64,000 bases of DNA from an uncultured bacterium (GCA_963732385.1 CAVSZB010000003.1:433321-497320); one strand, 5' to 3'. Counted from the first letter of the stretch, positions 20,445 to 31,169 are shown. Numbers and translations: made by a program. Notes: generated from the sequence alone by a model not told the origin.

Positions 20445-21161
20445 TTGGCCGCCGAAGCGCCTCCGCCCCCCGATTCCCCGGAACTGGACGAGCGATCCCT
20501 TAAGGAGCTCGCGGAACGGACGCGCGCGCTGCTGGCGCGGCAGTTCGGCGTCGCGGTGCCGCCGACTCCGACCCGCCCCGCCGCGCCGGACGCGGCGGCC
20601 GGCCCGCCGCGCGCCTGCGCCGCCGCCGCCTCGTCGTCGCCGCCGTCGTCGCCGCGCCCCGCGCCGGTTCCGGCGCCGGCCCCGACCGCCCCGCGCCTGG
20701 CGCCCGGAGCGGATCGCCGGATCGCCATCGGCGCCGACCACGGCGGTTTCGCGCTGAAACAGCAGCTGGTCGAGCTGCTGCGGGAGCTGGCGTGGGAGCC
20801 GGTCGACGTCGGCACGCACGACCTCGGCGCCGTGGACTACCCGGACTTCGCGGTCAGGGTGGCGCGGACCGTGGCGCGGGGCGAGGCGTGGCGCGGCATC
20901 ATGATCGACGGCGCCGGCATCGGCTCGGCGATGGCGGCCAACAAGATCGCCGGGGTGCGCGCCGCGACCGTCCACAACGAGGCCACGGCCGTCAATTCCC
21001 GGGAGCACAACGACGCGAACGTGCTCGTGCTCGGCAGCGGGCAGGTCAACCGTGGCCTGGCGCGACGGCTCGTGCGCCTCTGGCTCGCCACCGACTTCGC
21101 CGGCGGACGCCATCAGAAGCGCGTGGACAAGATCATCGCGCTCGACCGGGAGAAGGCATGA
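20445..21161 (+). CDS. rpiB: ribose-5-phosphate isomerase B family protein with N-terminal extension
   Basis: IAIGADHGGF.LK, DYPDFA, DGAGIGSAMAANK, REHNDANVL, F.GGRH..RV.KI. Confidence 0.88.
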   Translation: MAAEAPPPPDSPELDERSLKELAERTRALLARQFGVAVPPTPTRPAAPDAAAGPPRACAAAASSSPPSSPRPAPVPAPAPTAPRLAPGADRRIAIGADHGGFALKQQLVELLRELAWEPVDVGTHDLGAVDYPDFAVRVARTVARGEAWRGIMIDGAGIGSAMAANKIAGVRAATVHNEATAVNSREHNDANVLVLGSGQVNRGLARRLVRLWLATDFAGGRHQKRVDKIIALDREKA

Positions 21162-21844
21162 CCGGAACCCCCGCGCGACCGCTGCCGGTCACGCCCTTCT
21201 ACCTCGCCATCGCCGGCAACATCGGTGTCGGCAAGTCCATGGTGACCGAATTGATCGGGCGGACGTACGGCTGGCGGACCTTCTACGAGCCGGTCATCGA
21301 CAATCCGTACCTCGACGACTACTACGCCGACATGCGGCGCTGGGCGTTCCAGCTCCAGATCTACTTCCTGAGCAAGCGGTTCGAAGTGCAGAAGGCGATC
21401 CTCGACGACGGCGGCCCGGCCGTGCAGGACCGCACCATATACGAGGACGTCGAGATCTTCGCGCCGACCCTGCACCGACGCGGCTGCATCGACGACCGCG
21501 ACTACGCCAGCTACCGCGAGATCTTCGCCAACATGACGGCCTTTTTGCGCGCGCCGGATCTGATCCTCTACCTGCGCGCCACGCCCGACACGACCATCGA
21601 GCGGATCCGGCAGCGCGGGCGGACCTGTGAGCAGGGAGTCCCGCGCGACTTCATCGTGGCGCTGCACGAGGCCTACGAGGCGTGGCTCGGACGCGCGACG
21701 GCGCTTTGCCCCGTCGAGACCATCGACACCGAAACCGTCAACCTGCGCGACGACGAGTCCGCTCGCCGCGGTCTCTTCGCCCTGATCGATCGTCACCAGG
21801 CGGCGCGCCGGGCGCGTGGCCAGGCCGCTGGAGAGAGCCGATGA
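21158..21844 (+). CDS. deoxynucleoside kinase
   Basis: IAGNIGVGKS P-loop, EPV..NPYL..YY, QIYFL..R, QDRTIYED, RI..RGR..E. Confidence 0.9.
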   Translation: MTGTPARPLPVTPFYLAIAGNIGVGKSMVTELIGRTYGWRTFYEPVIDNPYLDDYYADMRRWAFQLQIYFLSKRFEVQKAILDDGGPAVQDRTIYEDVEIFAPTLHRRGCIDDRDYASYREIFANMTAFLRAPDLILYLRATPDTTIERIRQRGRTCEQGVPRDFIVALHEAYEAWLGRATALCPVETIDTETVNLRDDESARRGLFALIDRHQAARRARGQAAGESR

Positions 21845-22947
21845 CCAGACGGAGCGATGCGCGACGCAGCGACCTGCTGCGGGGGGACGCCATCCCGGCC
21901 GATGTGCTGGCCGAGTTGCCCAAGACCGATCTGCACTGCCACCTCGACGGTTCCCTGCGCTGGGAAACGTTCGCGGAGCTGGCCCGCGCGGAGGGGATGG
22001 ACCTGCCCGACGACCGGGACGAGGCGCGCCGTCTCTACCTTCCGCCGTCGCACGTGAGCGGGCAGACGGAGTTCCTGGGGCACTTCGAGCATCCGTTGGC
22101 CGTTTTGCAGACCCCCGAAGCTTTGCGGCGCGCGGCGTGCGAGCTCGCCCTCGATGCCGCCGCCGAGACATGCTGGTACCTTGAGGTCCGGTTCTGCCCG
22201 CTGCTGCACCAGAGGCGCGGCATGGATCCGGAGGCGGCCGTGGCCGCCGTCGTGGCGGGGTTGCGGGAGGCCGAGGCGCAGGCGCGCATCACGACCGGAG
22301 TGATCGTGACCGGGCTGCGCACGATCGACCCCGCGAAGTCGCGCGCGCTCGCCGAACTGGCGGTGCGCTGGAAGGGGCGCGGCGTGGTGGCCTTCGATCT
22401 GGCGGGGGCCGAGAAGGACTATCCCGCCAAGGACCACCGCGAGGCCTTCTACCACGTCATGAATCACAACCTGAACACCACGATCCATGCCGGCGAAGGA
22501 TTCGGGCCGACGTCGATCCACCAGGCCCTGCACTATTGCGGCGCCAACCGCATCGGGCACGGCACCCGCCTGCACGAGGACGCCGACCTGCTCGCCTACG
22601 TGAACGATCACCGCATCCCGCTGGAGATGTGCATCAGCAGCAACGTGCAGATGGGGGTCGTTCCGGCCGTGGCGGACCATCCGCTGCGCCGGTATCTCGA
22701 CCTGGGCCTGCGGGTCACCATCAACACCGACAACCGGCTGTTCGCCCGCACCTCCCTGCTCAACGAGCTGCAACTGGCGGCGCGTACTTTCGATCTGACC
22801 CTGCTCGACGCGGAGAACCTGCTGCTCAACGGCTTCAAGAGCGCGTTCCTGCCGGCCGGCCCCCGCGCCGAGCTGCTGGGCGAGGCGCTCGAGACGATGG
22901 ACGCCCTGCGGGACAAGTTCGGTCTCGACGACCTGGAGTTGTCGTGA
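21841..22947 (+). CDS. add: adenosine deaminase
   Basis: PKTDLHCHLDGS, HAGE, RIGHG, LEMCISSN, NTDN. Confidence 0.92.
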   Translation: MTRRSDARRSDLLRGDAIPADVLAELPKTDLHCHLDGSLRWETFAELARAEGMDLPDDRDEARRLYLPPSHVSGQTEFLGHFEHPLAVLQTPEALRRAACELALDAAAETCWYLEVRFCPLLHQRRGMDPEAAVAAVVAGLREAEAQARITTGVIVTGLRTIDPAKSRALAELAVRWKGRGVVAFDLAGAEKDYPAKDHREAFYHVMNHNLNTTIHAGEGFGPTSIHQALHYCGANRIGHGTRLHEDADLLAYVNDHRIPLEMCISSNVQMGVVPAVADHPLRRYLDLGLRVTINTDNRLFARTSLLNELQLAARTFDLTLLDAENLLLNGFKSAFLPAGPRAELLGEALETMDALRDKFGLDDLELS

Positions 22948-23831
22948 ACGATGGCGCCGCCCGCATCGCCGCGCTCGGCGACGTCTGGCGCGACGACGTC
23001 GCCGCGGCGGCCGACTGGCTGCGCGCGCGCGGTTTCTCCGGGCGCGTCGGTCTGGTCCTCGGCAGTGGCCTCGGTGCGTTCGCCGAGACACTGCCCGGCG
23101 CGCGGGCCGTGCCCTACGCACAGATCCCCGGCTTCCGCACCACCTCGGTGGCGGAGCACAAGGGGCGTTTGGTGGTGGGCGAGGCGGCCGGGGTGCCGGT
23201 CATCGTCATGCAGGGGCGGCTCCACCCTTACGAGGGGTTGCCGGGGGCGGTGTCGCTGCTGCCGACGGCGGTGCTGGCCGGGCTGGGGGTCGACTCGGCC
23301 GTGGTGACCAACGCGGCCGGGGGGCTGAACCGGCTCTATCTCCCGGGCGACCTGATGGTGATCCGCGAGCAGATCGACCTGCACCTGCGCGATCCGCTGC
23401 GCGGACTGCTGCGCGAAAGCCCCGGGGGCGGGCCTGACGGGCGCCGTCCTCCCGGCGCCGGCGGTCCGTACCACGTCCGCCTCGCGCGCCTGCTCGTCGA
23501 GACCGGCGCGGAAATCGGCGTACCTTTGCACATCGGCACCTACGCCAGCATGTCGGGGCCGGCTTACGAGACACGCGCGGAGATCGGCATGCTGCGGCGG
23601 ATCGGCGGCGACGCGGTCGGCATGTCCACCGCCGCCGAAACGGCGCTCCTGTCGCGGCTCGGCGTGGCGGTCGTGGGACTGTCGTGCATCACGAACCCGG
23701 CGCGGGAGGTCGGACAGCCGGAATTGTCACACCAGGATGTCGTGGAGGTCGGCAACCGGGTGCGGGCGCGGCTGGAGCGGCTGTTGCTGGCGTTCCTGCC
23801 CCGGCTTGCGGATATTGGGGCCGGCTCGTAA
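22944..23831 (+). CDS. purine nucleoside phosphorylase (trimeric PNP family)
   Basis: LVLGSGLG, MQGRLH.YEG, TNAAGG, GP.YET.AE, GMST..E, ITN. Confidence 0.9.
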   Translation: MNDGAARIAALGDVWRDDVAAAADWLRARGFSGRVGLVLGSGLGAFAETLPGARAVPYAQIPGFRTTSVAEHKGRLVVGEAAGVPVIVMQGRLHPYEGLPGAVSLLPTAVLAGLGVDSAVVTNAAGGLNRLYLPGDLMVIREQIDLHLRDPLRGLLRESPGGGPDGRRPPGAGGPYHVRLARLLVETGAEIGVPLHIGTYASMSGPAYETRAEIGMLRRIGGDAVGMSTAAETALLSRLGVAVVGLSCITNPAREVGQPELSHQDVVEVGNRVRARLERLLLAFLPRLADIGAGS

Positions 23832-23854
23832 GCGGCGCGGAGGAGGTCCGTAAC

Positions 23855-24532
23855 ATGTTTTTCGATCCCACCTTCATGATGCTCATCCCGGTGATAATCT
23901 TCGCGCTGTACGCGCAGGCGAAGGTCAAGAGCACGTATCAGAAGTACCTGAAGGTGCCGGCCTCGCGCGGGCTGACCGGCGCCGAATCGGCGCGCCGGCT
24001 GCTCGACGCCGCGGGCCTGTCGGCGGTCGCGATCCAGACGACTCCCGGTCGTCTGACCGACCACTACGACCCCCGCAAGCGGGCGCTTTTCCTCAGTGAG
24101 GACAACTTCAACGGACGCAGCGTGGCGTCGCTCGGTGTGGCGTGCCACGAGGCGGGGCACGCCATACAGCACGCGCAGGCCTTCGCGCCGCTGGCGATGC
24201 GGCAGGCGATCTGGCCGGTGGCCGGTTTCGGCAGCTGGCTCGCCTGGCCCATCTTCTTCGTCGGGCTGCTGATGCGCACCCCGTTGCTGATGGACGTGGG
24301 CATCATCGTGTTCCTTGTGGCGGCCTTCTTCACGATCATCACGCTGCCGGTGGAATTCGACGCCAGCAACCGCGCTATCAAGCTGCTTGCGCAGCACGGT
24401 CTCGTCTCGCGCGAGGAGCAGAGCGGGGCCCGGGCGGTGCTGAACGCCGCCGCGCTGACCTACGTCGCTGCCGCGCTGATGTCGGTGGTGCAGCTCGTGC
24501 GGATGCTGATCCTGCGCAACGGTCGGAATTAG
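23855..24532 (+). CDS. membrane zinc metallopeptidase (YugP-like)
   Basis: LTDHYDP, HEAGHAIQH, TLPVEFDAS.RA, AAALTYVA. Confidence 0.9.
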   Translation: MFFDPTFMMLIPVIIFALYAQAKVKSTYQKYLKVPASRGLTGAESARRLLDAAGLSAVAIQTTPGRLTDHYDPRKRALFLSEDNFNGRSVASLGVACHEAGHAIQHAQAFAPLAMRQAIWPVAGFGSWLAWPIFFVGLLMRTPLLMDVGIIVFLVAAFFTIITLPVEFDASNRAIKLLAQHGLVSREEQSGARAVLNAAALTYVAAALMSVVQLVRMLILRNGRN

Positions 24533-24568
24533 CGCCCGGCCTCCGGCCGGCAGGAAGCGAGGAGAGCG

Positions 24569-25336
24569 ATGCGGAGCCACCTGGTCGCTGGGAACTGGAA
24601 ACTGAATCTGGGGCCCGCCGCCGCGCAGAAGCTCGCGCGCGAGGTGCGCGACGGACTGCGGGGCGTCGACACGCGCGCCGAGGTCCTGATCTGTCCGCCG
24701 TTCGTCTCGCTGGCCGCGGCGCACGAGATGATCGCCGGCTCGCCGGTGCGTCTCGGGGCGCAGAACTGTGCCGCCTGGGATGTGGGCGCCTACACCGGCG
24801 AGGTGTCGGCCGCGATGCTTGCCGAGGCGGGCTGCAGCCACGTCATCGTGGCGCACTCCGAGCGGCGGGCGCTGTTCGGCGAGCGGGATGAGGTTTTCAT
24901 CGCCAAAATCGACCGCGCCCATGCCGCCGGTCTGGTCCCCATCTTCTGTTTCGGCGAAGTGCTCGAGGAGCGCCGCGGCGGCCGCGCCGAGGCGGTCGTG
25001 CAGGCGCAGCTCGAGGGGGTGCTGCCGCACCTGAAGAGCTGTACGCCGGCCGACACCGTGCTGGCCTACGAGCCGGTCTGGGCCATCGGCACCGGCGAAA
25101 CCGCCACACCCGACATAGCGCAGGCCACGCACGCCTTCGCGCGCGGGGTCGTGGCGAAACTGCTCGGCCCGGTCACCGCCGCCGGCCTGCGCATTCTCTA
25201 CGGCGGCAGCGTGAAGGCGGGCAACGCCGCGGAGCTGTTCACGCAGCCCGATATCGACGGCGGTCTCGTGGGTGGCGCGAGTCTGCAGGCGGCGGAGTTT
25301 ATCGGCATCGTCAGAGGTGCGTCGGCCGGTCGCTGA
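24569..25336 (+). CDS. tpiA: triosephosphate isomerase
   Basis: AGNWK, GAQN, GAYTGE, HSERR, AYEPVWAIGTG, YGGSV, LVGGASL. Confidence 0.96.
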   Translation: MRSHLVAGNWKLNLGPAAAQKLAREVRDGLRGVDTRAEVLICPPFVSLAAAHEMIAGSPVRLGAQNCAAWDVGAYTGEVSAAMLAEAGCSHVIVAHSERRALFGERDEVFIAKIDRAHAAGLVPIFCFGEVLEERRGGRAEAVVQAQLEGVLPHLKSCTPADTVLAYEPVWAIGTGETATPDIAQATHAFARGVVAKLLGPVTAAGLRILYGGSVKAGNAAELFTQPDIDGGLVGGASLQAAEFIGIVRGASAGR

Positions 25337-25371
25337 GACCGCGGCGCGGCACCACGGCACGGAGGTTCAGG

Positions 25372-28104
25372 GTGACGATCGCGAGGCTGTGCAGGCCGCG
25401 GCGGACCGGGAGTGCGCAGCGCCCCGCGACCGTCGCGGTCGCGCTGTTCGTGATGGCCGGCGTTCTGGCGCTGGTCGCGGCGCCGACCGCGCGGGCGCTG
25501 ACGGCCGGCGGCGCGTCGCCCCCGGTCGGCGCGCCGAATCCGGTCTGGACCGGCGCCGATCCGACGACCGCGCGTCTCGATCCGGTCTTCCCCGCCCTGC
25601 CCGACGGCGCGGAGATTCTGCGGCTGGAGAACGGCCTGCGGGTCATCCTGCTGCGCAACCCCGCTCAGCCGATGGTCGGCATCTACACTCAGGTCCGGGT
25701 CGGCTCGGCGTACGAGGATTTCCGCACGAGCGGCATGTCGCACATGCTCGAGCACCTGCTGTTCAACGGCACCACGCTGTACACCCAGGAACAGCTCTAC
25801 GACCTGGCCGATCTCAAAGGGGCCTATAACAACGCCACCACCTCCACCTTCTTCACGAACTTCATGACCGTATTGCCGACGGGGGCGCTCGAGACCGGCC
25901 TGAAGATCCAGTCGCAGATGCTGTTCCACTCGACCCTGCCCGTCGACAAGTTCGCCAAGGAGCAGGGCATCGTGCTGGGCGAACTGGTGCAAAGCCGCGA
26001 CCGCGACTCCGACTTTGCCGGCGAGACGCTCCAGGAGGTGCTGTACGAGGGGAGCAGCCAGGCCCTGCCCACGTTGGGAACCCGCAGCACCATCGAACAT
26101 CTGAGGCGGGAAGATGTGCTGGCCTTCTACCGCAACTTCTACGTGCCGAACAACATGATCACGACCATCGCCGGGAATTTCGACCGTGCCCGCGTGCTCG
26201 AGCTGCTGGAGAAGCACTACGGCGCCGCGGCTCCCGGCACGGTCATCGCGCCGCCGATCATGCCGCCGGTCTTCGTGGACCGTACGCGCGCCGTAGTGCG
26301 TCGTGGGGGCGATCACCCGGTGGTCATGCTCGCCTTCGACGCGCCCACCTACGGCTCGTCTGATTACTTCCCGTTCCTGGTGCTGACGCGCCTGCTCGAT
26401 GCGCCCGGCACCGGCATTCTCACGCGGGCCGTGGCCCAGCTTCCGGCCGCGCGCCGTCCCGAGTTGTCTCTGCAGTGGGATCGGGCCGACATCTACGGGC
26501 GTCTCGTCGTACGCTTCGACCTCAAGCCGGGCGACGATCCGGCGCGCTACTACCGGCTCGTGCAGGAGGCCTGCGCCTCGGCGCTCGAGTGGGGGATCAC
26601 CGACGAAGAGGTCATCGAGATCATACGCGCCGAGGAGACGCAGACCCTGATCGACCGCGAGCAGTTGCGGCAGCTCTCGATCGTCGCCGCCGAGCCGATC
26701 GTGCTCGGCGGCCCCGACTTCTGGGTGACCACCCTCAGCCGCCTGCGTGAGGCGAACGCGATCCAGGTGGTCGATGCGCTCACAAATTACCTGTCCGAGA
26801 CGGCATGTCTGGCCGTGGCCTGTGTTCCGGTCGCGGCGCCCGAAGCGGGTGTGGGCAAGGCCGACGAGGGCAGTCCGGTCGTCAAGCGCTCGGTCCTCAA
26901 GAGCGGCGCCGTGCTGGTTTCGCAGGAGACGCCCGGCTCGCCGCTCTTCGCCGTCCACCTGACGATGCGCAACCGCGCCCTGCTCGACGGTGAGCGGCCC
27001 GGAGCCGTCAACCTGGTGCACCGGCTGCTGACCAGCGGTGTCGGCGGCTGCGATGCGACCTGCCTGCAGCGCAAGCTCAACCGCCTCGGCGCGGTGATCA
27101 AGCTGACGGACGATCCCCGCATCCCGATGGACAACTATTACACGAACGGCCGCTTCTCCTACATCCGGCTCGAGACCGCGGCCGACGCCGGGCCCGACGC
27201 CCTGGCCCTTCTGGCCGACCTGACCCGCAATGCCGGCTTCACCGCCGCGGACTTCGAGCGCGAGCGGGCCGCGCAGCTCACGCAACTCGGACGCCAGCAG
27301 GCCAGTGCCGGAACCACAGCCAGCCGCCGGCTCGAGGAGACGCTCTTCGGCAACCACCCGCTCGGCCTGCCGGTCGAGGGCGATGCCGCGTCGCTCAAGG
27401 CGCTCACCTATGACGAGACGCGGCGCGTCTACGGCCTGGCCTTCGCGCCGGAGAACCTGATCGTGGCCGTGGCGTCGCCCTTCTCCCACGAGCAGCTCGC
27501 CGAGACGCTCGGCGGCCTGCTGCCTGGCCGCGGTCGTCCCGCCGGCGGTCTGCCCGGGCTGCCGGTCACGACGCAGGCGACGCGCGTGGTCGCCTCTCTC
27601 GGCGGCCAGATGGCCGCGATCCGGGTCGGCTCGCTCATGCGCCTGCTGCCGGAGGACCGCCGTCCTCTGGAGTTGCTGACCGCGATCGTGTCGAACCGTC
27701 TCGCCATGGACCTGCGCGAGCGGAAGGGGCTCTCCTACAGCGTCGGTGCAAGCTGGGAAACGATGGGCGGCGAAGGAGAGTTTTCGGCCTGGCTCAATCC
27801 GCCGCGCGAGCGGATGGAGGAGGGCGAGCGCACGCTGAAGGAATTCCTGGCGGCGTTCGATCCCGCCACGATCACGGCCGAAGAACTGGCGCGCACCCGC
27901 AGCGCCGTGGCGGGCCGCCTGATGATGCGCCGCCTCGCGAGCATCAGCCAGGCCTACTACCTGGCGATGGCTGAACTCGAGGGGGATCTTACACAGTACG
28001 GGAAGTCGCTGCGGGCCTATGAGTCCGTGACCCTGGCCGATCTGCGGGGGGCCTGGACGAAGTACCTGAAGGTCGCGCCGCTGGTGACGGTGATCGTGGA
28101 CTGA
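25372..28104 (+). CDS. exported M16 (pitrilysin-like) zinc peptidase
   Basis: L.NGLRV, SGMSHMLEHLLFNGT (HxxEH), NA.T; second half with LRE.KGLSY. Confidence 0.9.
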   Translation: MTIARLCRPRRTGSAQRPATVAVALFVMAGVLALVAAPTARALTAGGASPPVGAPNPVWTGADPTTARLDPVFPALPDGAEILRLENGLRVILLRNPAQPMVGIYTQVRVGSAYEDFRTSGMSHMLEHLLFNGTTLYTQEQLYDLADLKGAYNNATTSTFFTNFMTVLPTGALETGLKIQSQMLFHSTLPVDKFAKEQGIVLGELVQSRDRDSDFAGETLQEVLYEGSSQALPTLGTRSTIEHLRREDVLAFYRNFYVPNNMITTIAGNFDRARVLELLEKHYGAAAPGTVIAPPIMPPVFVDRTRAVVRRGGDHPVVMLAFDAPTYGSSDYFPFLVLTRLLDAPGTGILTRAVAQLPAARRPELSLQWDRADIYGRLVVRFDLKPGDDPARYYRLVQEACASALEWGITDEEVIEIIRAEETQTLIDREQLRQLSIVAAEPIVLGGPDFWVTTLSRLREANAIQVVDALTNYLSETACLAVACVPVAAPEAGVGKADEGSPVVKRSVLKSGAVLVSQETPGSPLFAVHLTMRNRALLDGERPGAVNLVHRLLTSGVGGCDATCLQRKLNRLGAVIKLTDDPRIPMDNYYTNGRFSYIRLETAADAGPDALALLADLTRNAGFTAADFERERAAQLTQLGRQQASAGTTASRRLEETLFGNHPLGLPVEGDAASLKALTYDETRRVYGLAFAPENLIVAVASPFSHEQLAETLGGLLPGRGRPAGGLPGLPVTTQATRVVASLGGQMAAIRVGSLMRLLPEDRRPLELLTAIVSNRLAMDLRERKGLSYSVGASWETMGGEGEFSAWLNPPRERMEEGERTLKEFLAAFDPATITAEELARTRSAVAGRLMMRRLASISQAYYLAMAELEGDLTQYGKSLRAYESVTLADLRGAWTKYLKVAPLVTVIVD

Positions 28105-28154
28105 TCTTCCGGCCCGGGAGCCGCGTGAATCGTTTTACGGTTGGAGAGCCCGAC

Positions 28155-30251
28155 ATGAAGCTTCGAGCCGGAATGCGGCGCCTGGGCTGCGTCCTGTCGA
28201 TTCTGATCACGGTCCTGTGCGCGGCGCACGCGGTGGCGCAGCCGCTCGTTGTTCGCCATCGCGCGCATCTGACGCTCGACCCCGTCCGCAACGCGCTGGT
28301 CGTGACCGATACAGTGTCGTTCGAAGGCGCGGCGCCCGACTCGTTCTCCCTGAACCGGCGGCTTTCCCTCGCCACGGGCCCGCGCGACGCCGCGTCGGGC
28401 CGGTCCGATTCCACACGGACGACCTGGCCGCTGCGGGCGCTGTGCGCGTCGGACGGCAACGATCCGGCCGCTGTGTACGTCGCCCGGGCCTCAGGCGTCT
28501 TCCTCGAGTCCACGCAGGACGTCGTCTTCACGCGGGAGAATGTCGGACGCGAGATCCAGGCCACGATCGGCGCGGAGGGGATCTACCTGGCGGGCGAGGC
28601 GTGCTGGCTGCCGACGTTCAAGGACGCGCTCGTCACGTCCCGCCTGACGATCGACACTCCGGTCGGGATCGAACCGATGACGAACGGGGTGCGGGCGGGC
28701 CGCGAGGTGCGGGGCGAACGGCTGATCACCGTCTGGGAGGAAAAGAGCCCGGTCGACGGCATCGCGCTGATCGCCGGGAAGTACACGGTGACGGAGGAGC
28801 AGGCGGGGTCGGTGGCCATCTCCACCTGGCTGTTGCGGGACGAGCCGAAGCTGGCCGCGCTCTACCTGGAGCGGACCCGCGCCTACCTGTCCATGTACGA
28901 GCAGATGATCGGGCCGTATCCGTTCGGCAAGTTCGCCACGGTGGAGAACTGGTTCCCCACCGGCTACGGCATGCCATCGTGGACGCTGCTCGGCGGCACG
29001 GTCCTGCGGCTGCCGTTCATCCCGTACACTTCGTTCGGACATGAGGTGGCGCACAACTGGTGGGGCAACTCGGTGTTCGTGGCCGACGAGGGGGGCAACT
29101 GGTGCGAGGGGCTCACCTCGTACTGCGCTGATTACCACTACAAGGAGCTCGAGTCGCCGGCGGCCGCGCGCGAGTACCGGCGCAACCTGCTCAAGGACTA
29201 CGCCGCCTACGTGCGTGACCCCGCGCAGGACCTGCCGCTGACGCAGTTCCGCGCGCGCCACAGCGGCGCCACGCGGGCGATCGGTTACGGCAAGTCGATG
29301 ATGGTCTTCCACATGGTGGACCGCGCGATCGGGCGCGGCCGGTTCGAGCAGGCGCTGCGCGACGTCTACGCCGCGAAGCGCTTCCGGAAGGCGTCGTGGG
29401 ACGACTTCTTCGCCGCCTTCGCGCAGGCGGCGGACCGCGACCTGACCACCTTTGCCCGGCAGTGGCTCACGCGCACCGGCGCGCCGGTCCTCACGCTCGA
29501 CAAGGCGGCGCGGCAGGGGGACAGGGTCCGCTTTACGCTGAGCCAGGGTGCGCCGCCATACGATCTCGAGGTGCCGGTCGTGGTGACGACGGACACGGGG
29601 ATCGTCGACACTTCGGTGCGGCTCGACCGGATGAGCGGCGACTTCGAAATGGTTGCGCCTGGCGCGGTGTCGCTGGCGATCGATCCCGACTGCCACCTTT
29701 TCCGGCGGCTCGACCCGCGCGAGATCGAGCCGACCATCAGCCAGGTGCTGGGCGAGCAGACGCCGTTGATCGTCCTGCCTGACGCCACGGGGCCGGAACT
29801 GGCGGCGGCGGCGGCGTTCGCGCGGGCGTACACCGAAAGTGAAACGCCGATGACCGTTGGCGGCGGCCGTCCGCCGAACGACGTCAGGCCGGGCGCCGGG
29901 GTGATGAAGGTGCTCGTCAACCCGCGCCCCGAGGTGCTGGCCGAGCGGTGCGCCGGAGCCCTCAAGGGGCTGCTCACGGTCTCCGGAGACCTCGTCTTCG
30001 TGGCGGGGCAGCGCCACGACCTGAAGCAGAATGACATCATCTTCGCGGCGTACGATCCGCGCGACCCCTCCGTGACCGACCTGGTCGTGCTCTGCCGCTC
30101 GCCCGAGCGGCTGCCGGGCCTCGCGGGACGGATTGGGCACTACGGGAAGTACTCCTATCTGGTCTTTCCGGCCGCGCGCGGCGAAGCGGTCAGGGGGAAC
30201 TGGCCGACGTCCGGTGGCCGGCTCACGGCGACCCTGACGCCGGCGCCCTGA
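28155..30251 (+). CDS. exported M1-family aminopeptidase
   Basis: GPYPF.KF, HEVAHNWWGN...WCEGL (HExxH-x18-E), YGK..MVFH. Confidence 0.87.
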   Translation: MKLRAGMRRLGCVLSILITVLCAAHAVAQPLVVRHRAHLTLDPVRNALVVTDTVSFEGAAPDSFSLNRRLSLATGPRDAASGRSDSTRTTWPLRALCASDGNDPAAVYVARASGVFLESTQDVVFTRENVGREIQATIGAEGIYLAGEACWLPTFKDALVTSRLTIDTPVGIEPMTNGVRAGREVRGERLITVWEEKSPVDGIALIAGKYTVTEEQAGSVAISTWLLRDEPKLAALYLERTRAYLSMYEQMIGPYPFGKFATVENWFPTGYGMPSWTLLGGTVLRLPFIPYTSFGHEVAHNWWGNSVFVADEGGNWCEGLTSYCADYHYKELESPAAAREYRRNLLKDYAAYVRDPAQDLPLTQFRARHSGATRAIGYGKSMMVFHMVDRAIGRGRFEQALRDVYAAKRFRKASWDDFFAAFAQAADRDLTTFARQWLTRTGAPVLTLDKAARQGDRVRFTLSQGAPPYDLEVPVVVTTDTGIVDTSVRLDRMSGDFEMVAPGAVSLAIDPDCHLFRRLDPREIEPTISQVLGEQTPLIVLPDATGPELAAAAAFARAYTESETPMTVGGGRPPNDVRPGAGVMKVLVNPRPEVLAERCAGALKGLLTVSGDLVFVAGQRHDLKQNDIIFAAYDPRDPSVTDLVVLCRSPERLPGLAGRIGHYGKYSYLVFPAARGEAVRGNWPTSGGRLTATLTPAP

Positions 30252-30371
30252 GCGTCCTGATCGCCGACGCCAAGCTGCGGGCGACACCGGCGCCCGGTGG
30301 TTGTATCTTGTATGATCGGGGGGGCGGAAACCCGGCCCGATCGGTGTTTGTTATCTTGGGAGGACATTGTC

Positions 30372-31025
30372 ATGCGCAGACTGATTCCGTTCCTGGCCAT
30401 TCTCTGCCTCGTCGCCCTGCTCGCCGGATGTGCCTCCTGGAGTAAGACCGGTCAGGGGGCCGCCATCGGCGGCGCCGCCGGCGCGGTGCTCGGCACGGCC
30501 GTCAGCAAGGACAACACGAAGGGCGCCGTCGTGGGCGGCGCGATCGGCGCGGTGGCCGGCGGCATCATCGGCAACTACCTCGACAAGCAGGCGAAGGAGC
30601 TCGAGGCGGTCAAGGGGGCGGAGGTGGAGCGCCAGGGCGACGAGCTGAAGATCACCTTCTCGGAGAAGATCCTGTTCGACATCAACTCGTCCACGCTCAA
30701 GAGCGCCTCGCAGTCGCAGCTCGACCAGGTGGCCGACGTGCTCAACAGGTACCCCGACACCGATATTCTGGTCATGGGTCACACCGACGCCACCGGCACC
30801 GAGGAGTACAACCAGAAGCTGTCCGAGCGCCGCGCGACCGCGGTGACGTACTACATCGAGGGACGCGGCGTGGCCGACTCGCGCGTCCGCGCCAAGGGGT
30901 TCGGCGAGAGCGCCCCGGTGGCCGACAACGCCACCGAGGAGGGGCGCGCCCAGAACCGTCGGGTCGAGTTCTCCATCCATGTCAACGAGGCCTTCAAGGC
31001 CGACGCGGCCAAGCAGGCGGGCTGA
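30372..31025 (+). CDS. OmpA-family lipoprotein with glycine zipper
   Basis: lipobox LAGC; GAAIGG..GA glycine zipper; GHTD.TG..YNQKLSERRA; NRRVE. Confidence 0.93.
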   Translation: MRRLIPFLAILCLVALLAGCASWSKTGQGAAIGGAAGAVLGTAVSKDNTKGAVVGGAIGAVAGGIIGNYLDKQAKELEAVKGAEVERQGDELKITFSEKILFDINSSTLKSASQSQLDQVADVLNRYPDTDILVMGHTDATGTEEYNQKLSERRATAVTYYIEGRGVADSRVRAKGFGESAPVADNATEEGRAQNRRVEFSIHVNEAFKADAAKQAG

Positions 31026-31169
31026 CCGGCTTTCCGGAGCGCGGCGGGGGGGCCTCTTCGGCGCTCCCGCCGCCCTGCCCGCCGCATCTTGACTTCAACC
31101 GGGCCGCGGCTTAACAGTTGGGGCCCCCGATTGCGACCGGCAACCGCCAAGCTCCCCCTAGGAGGGATC

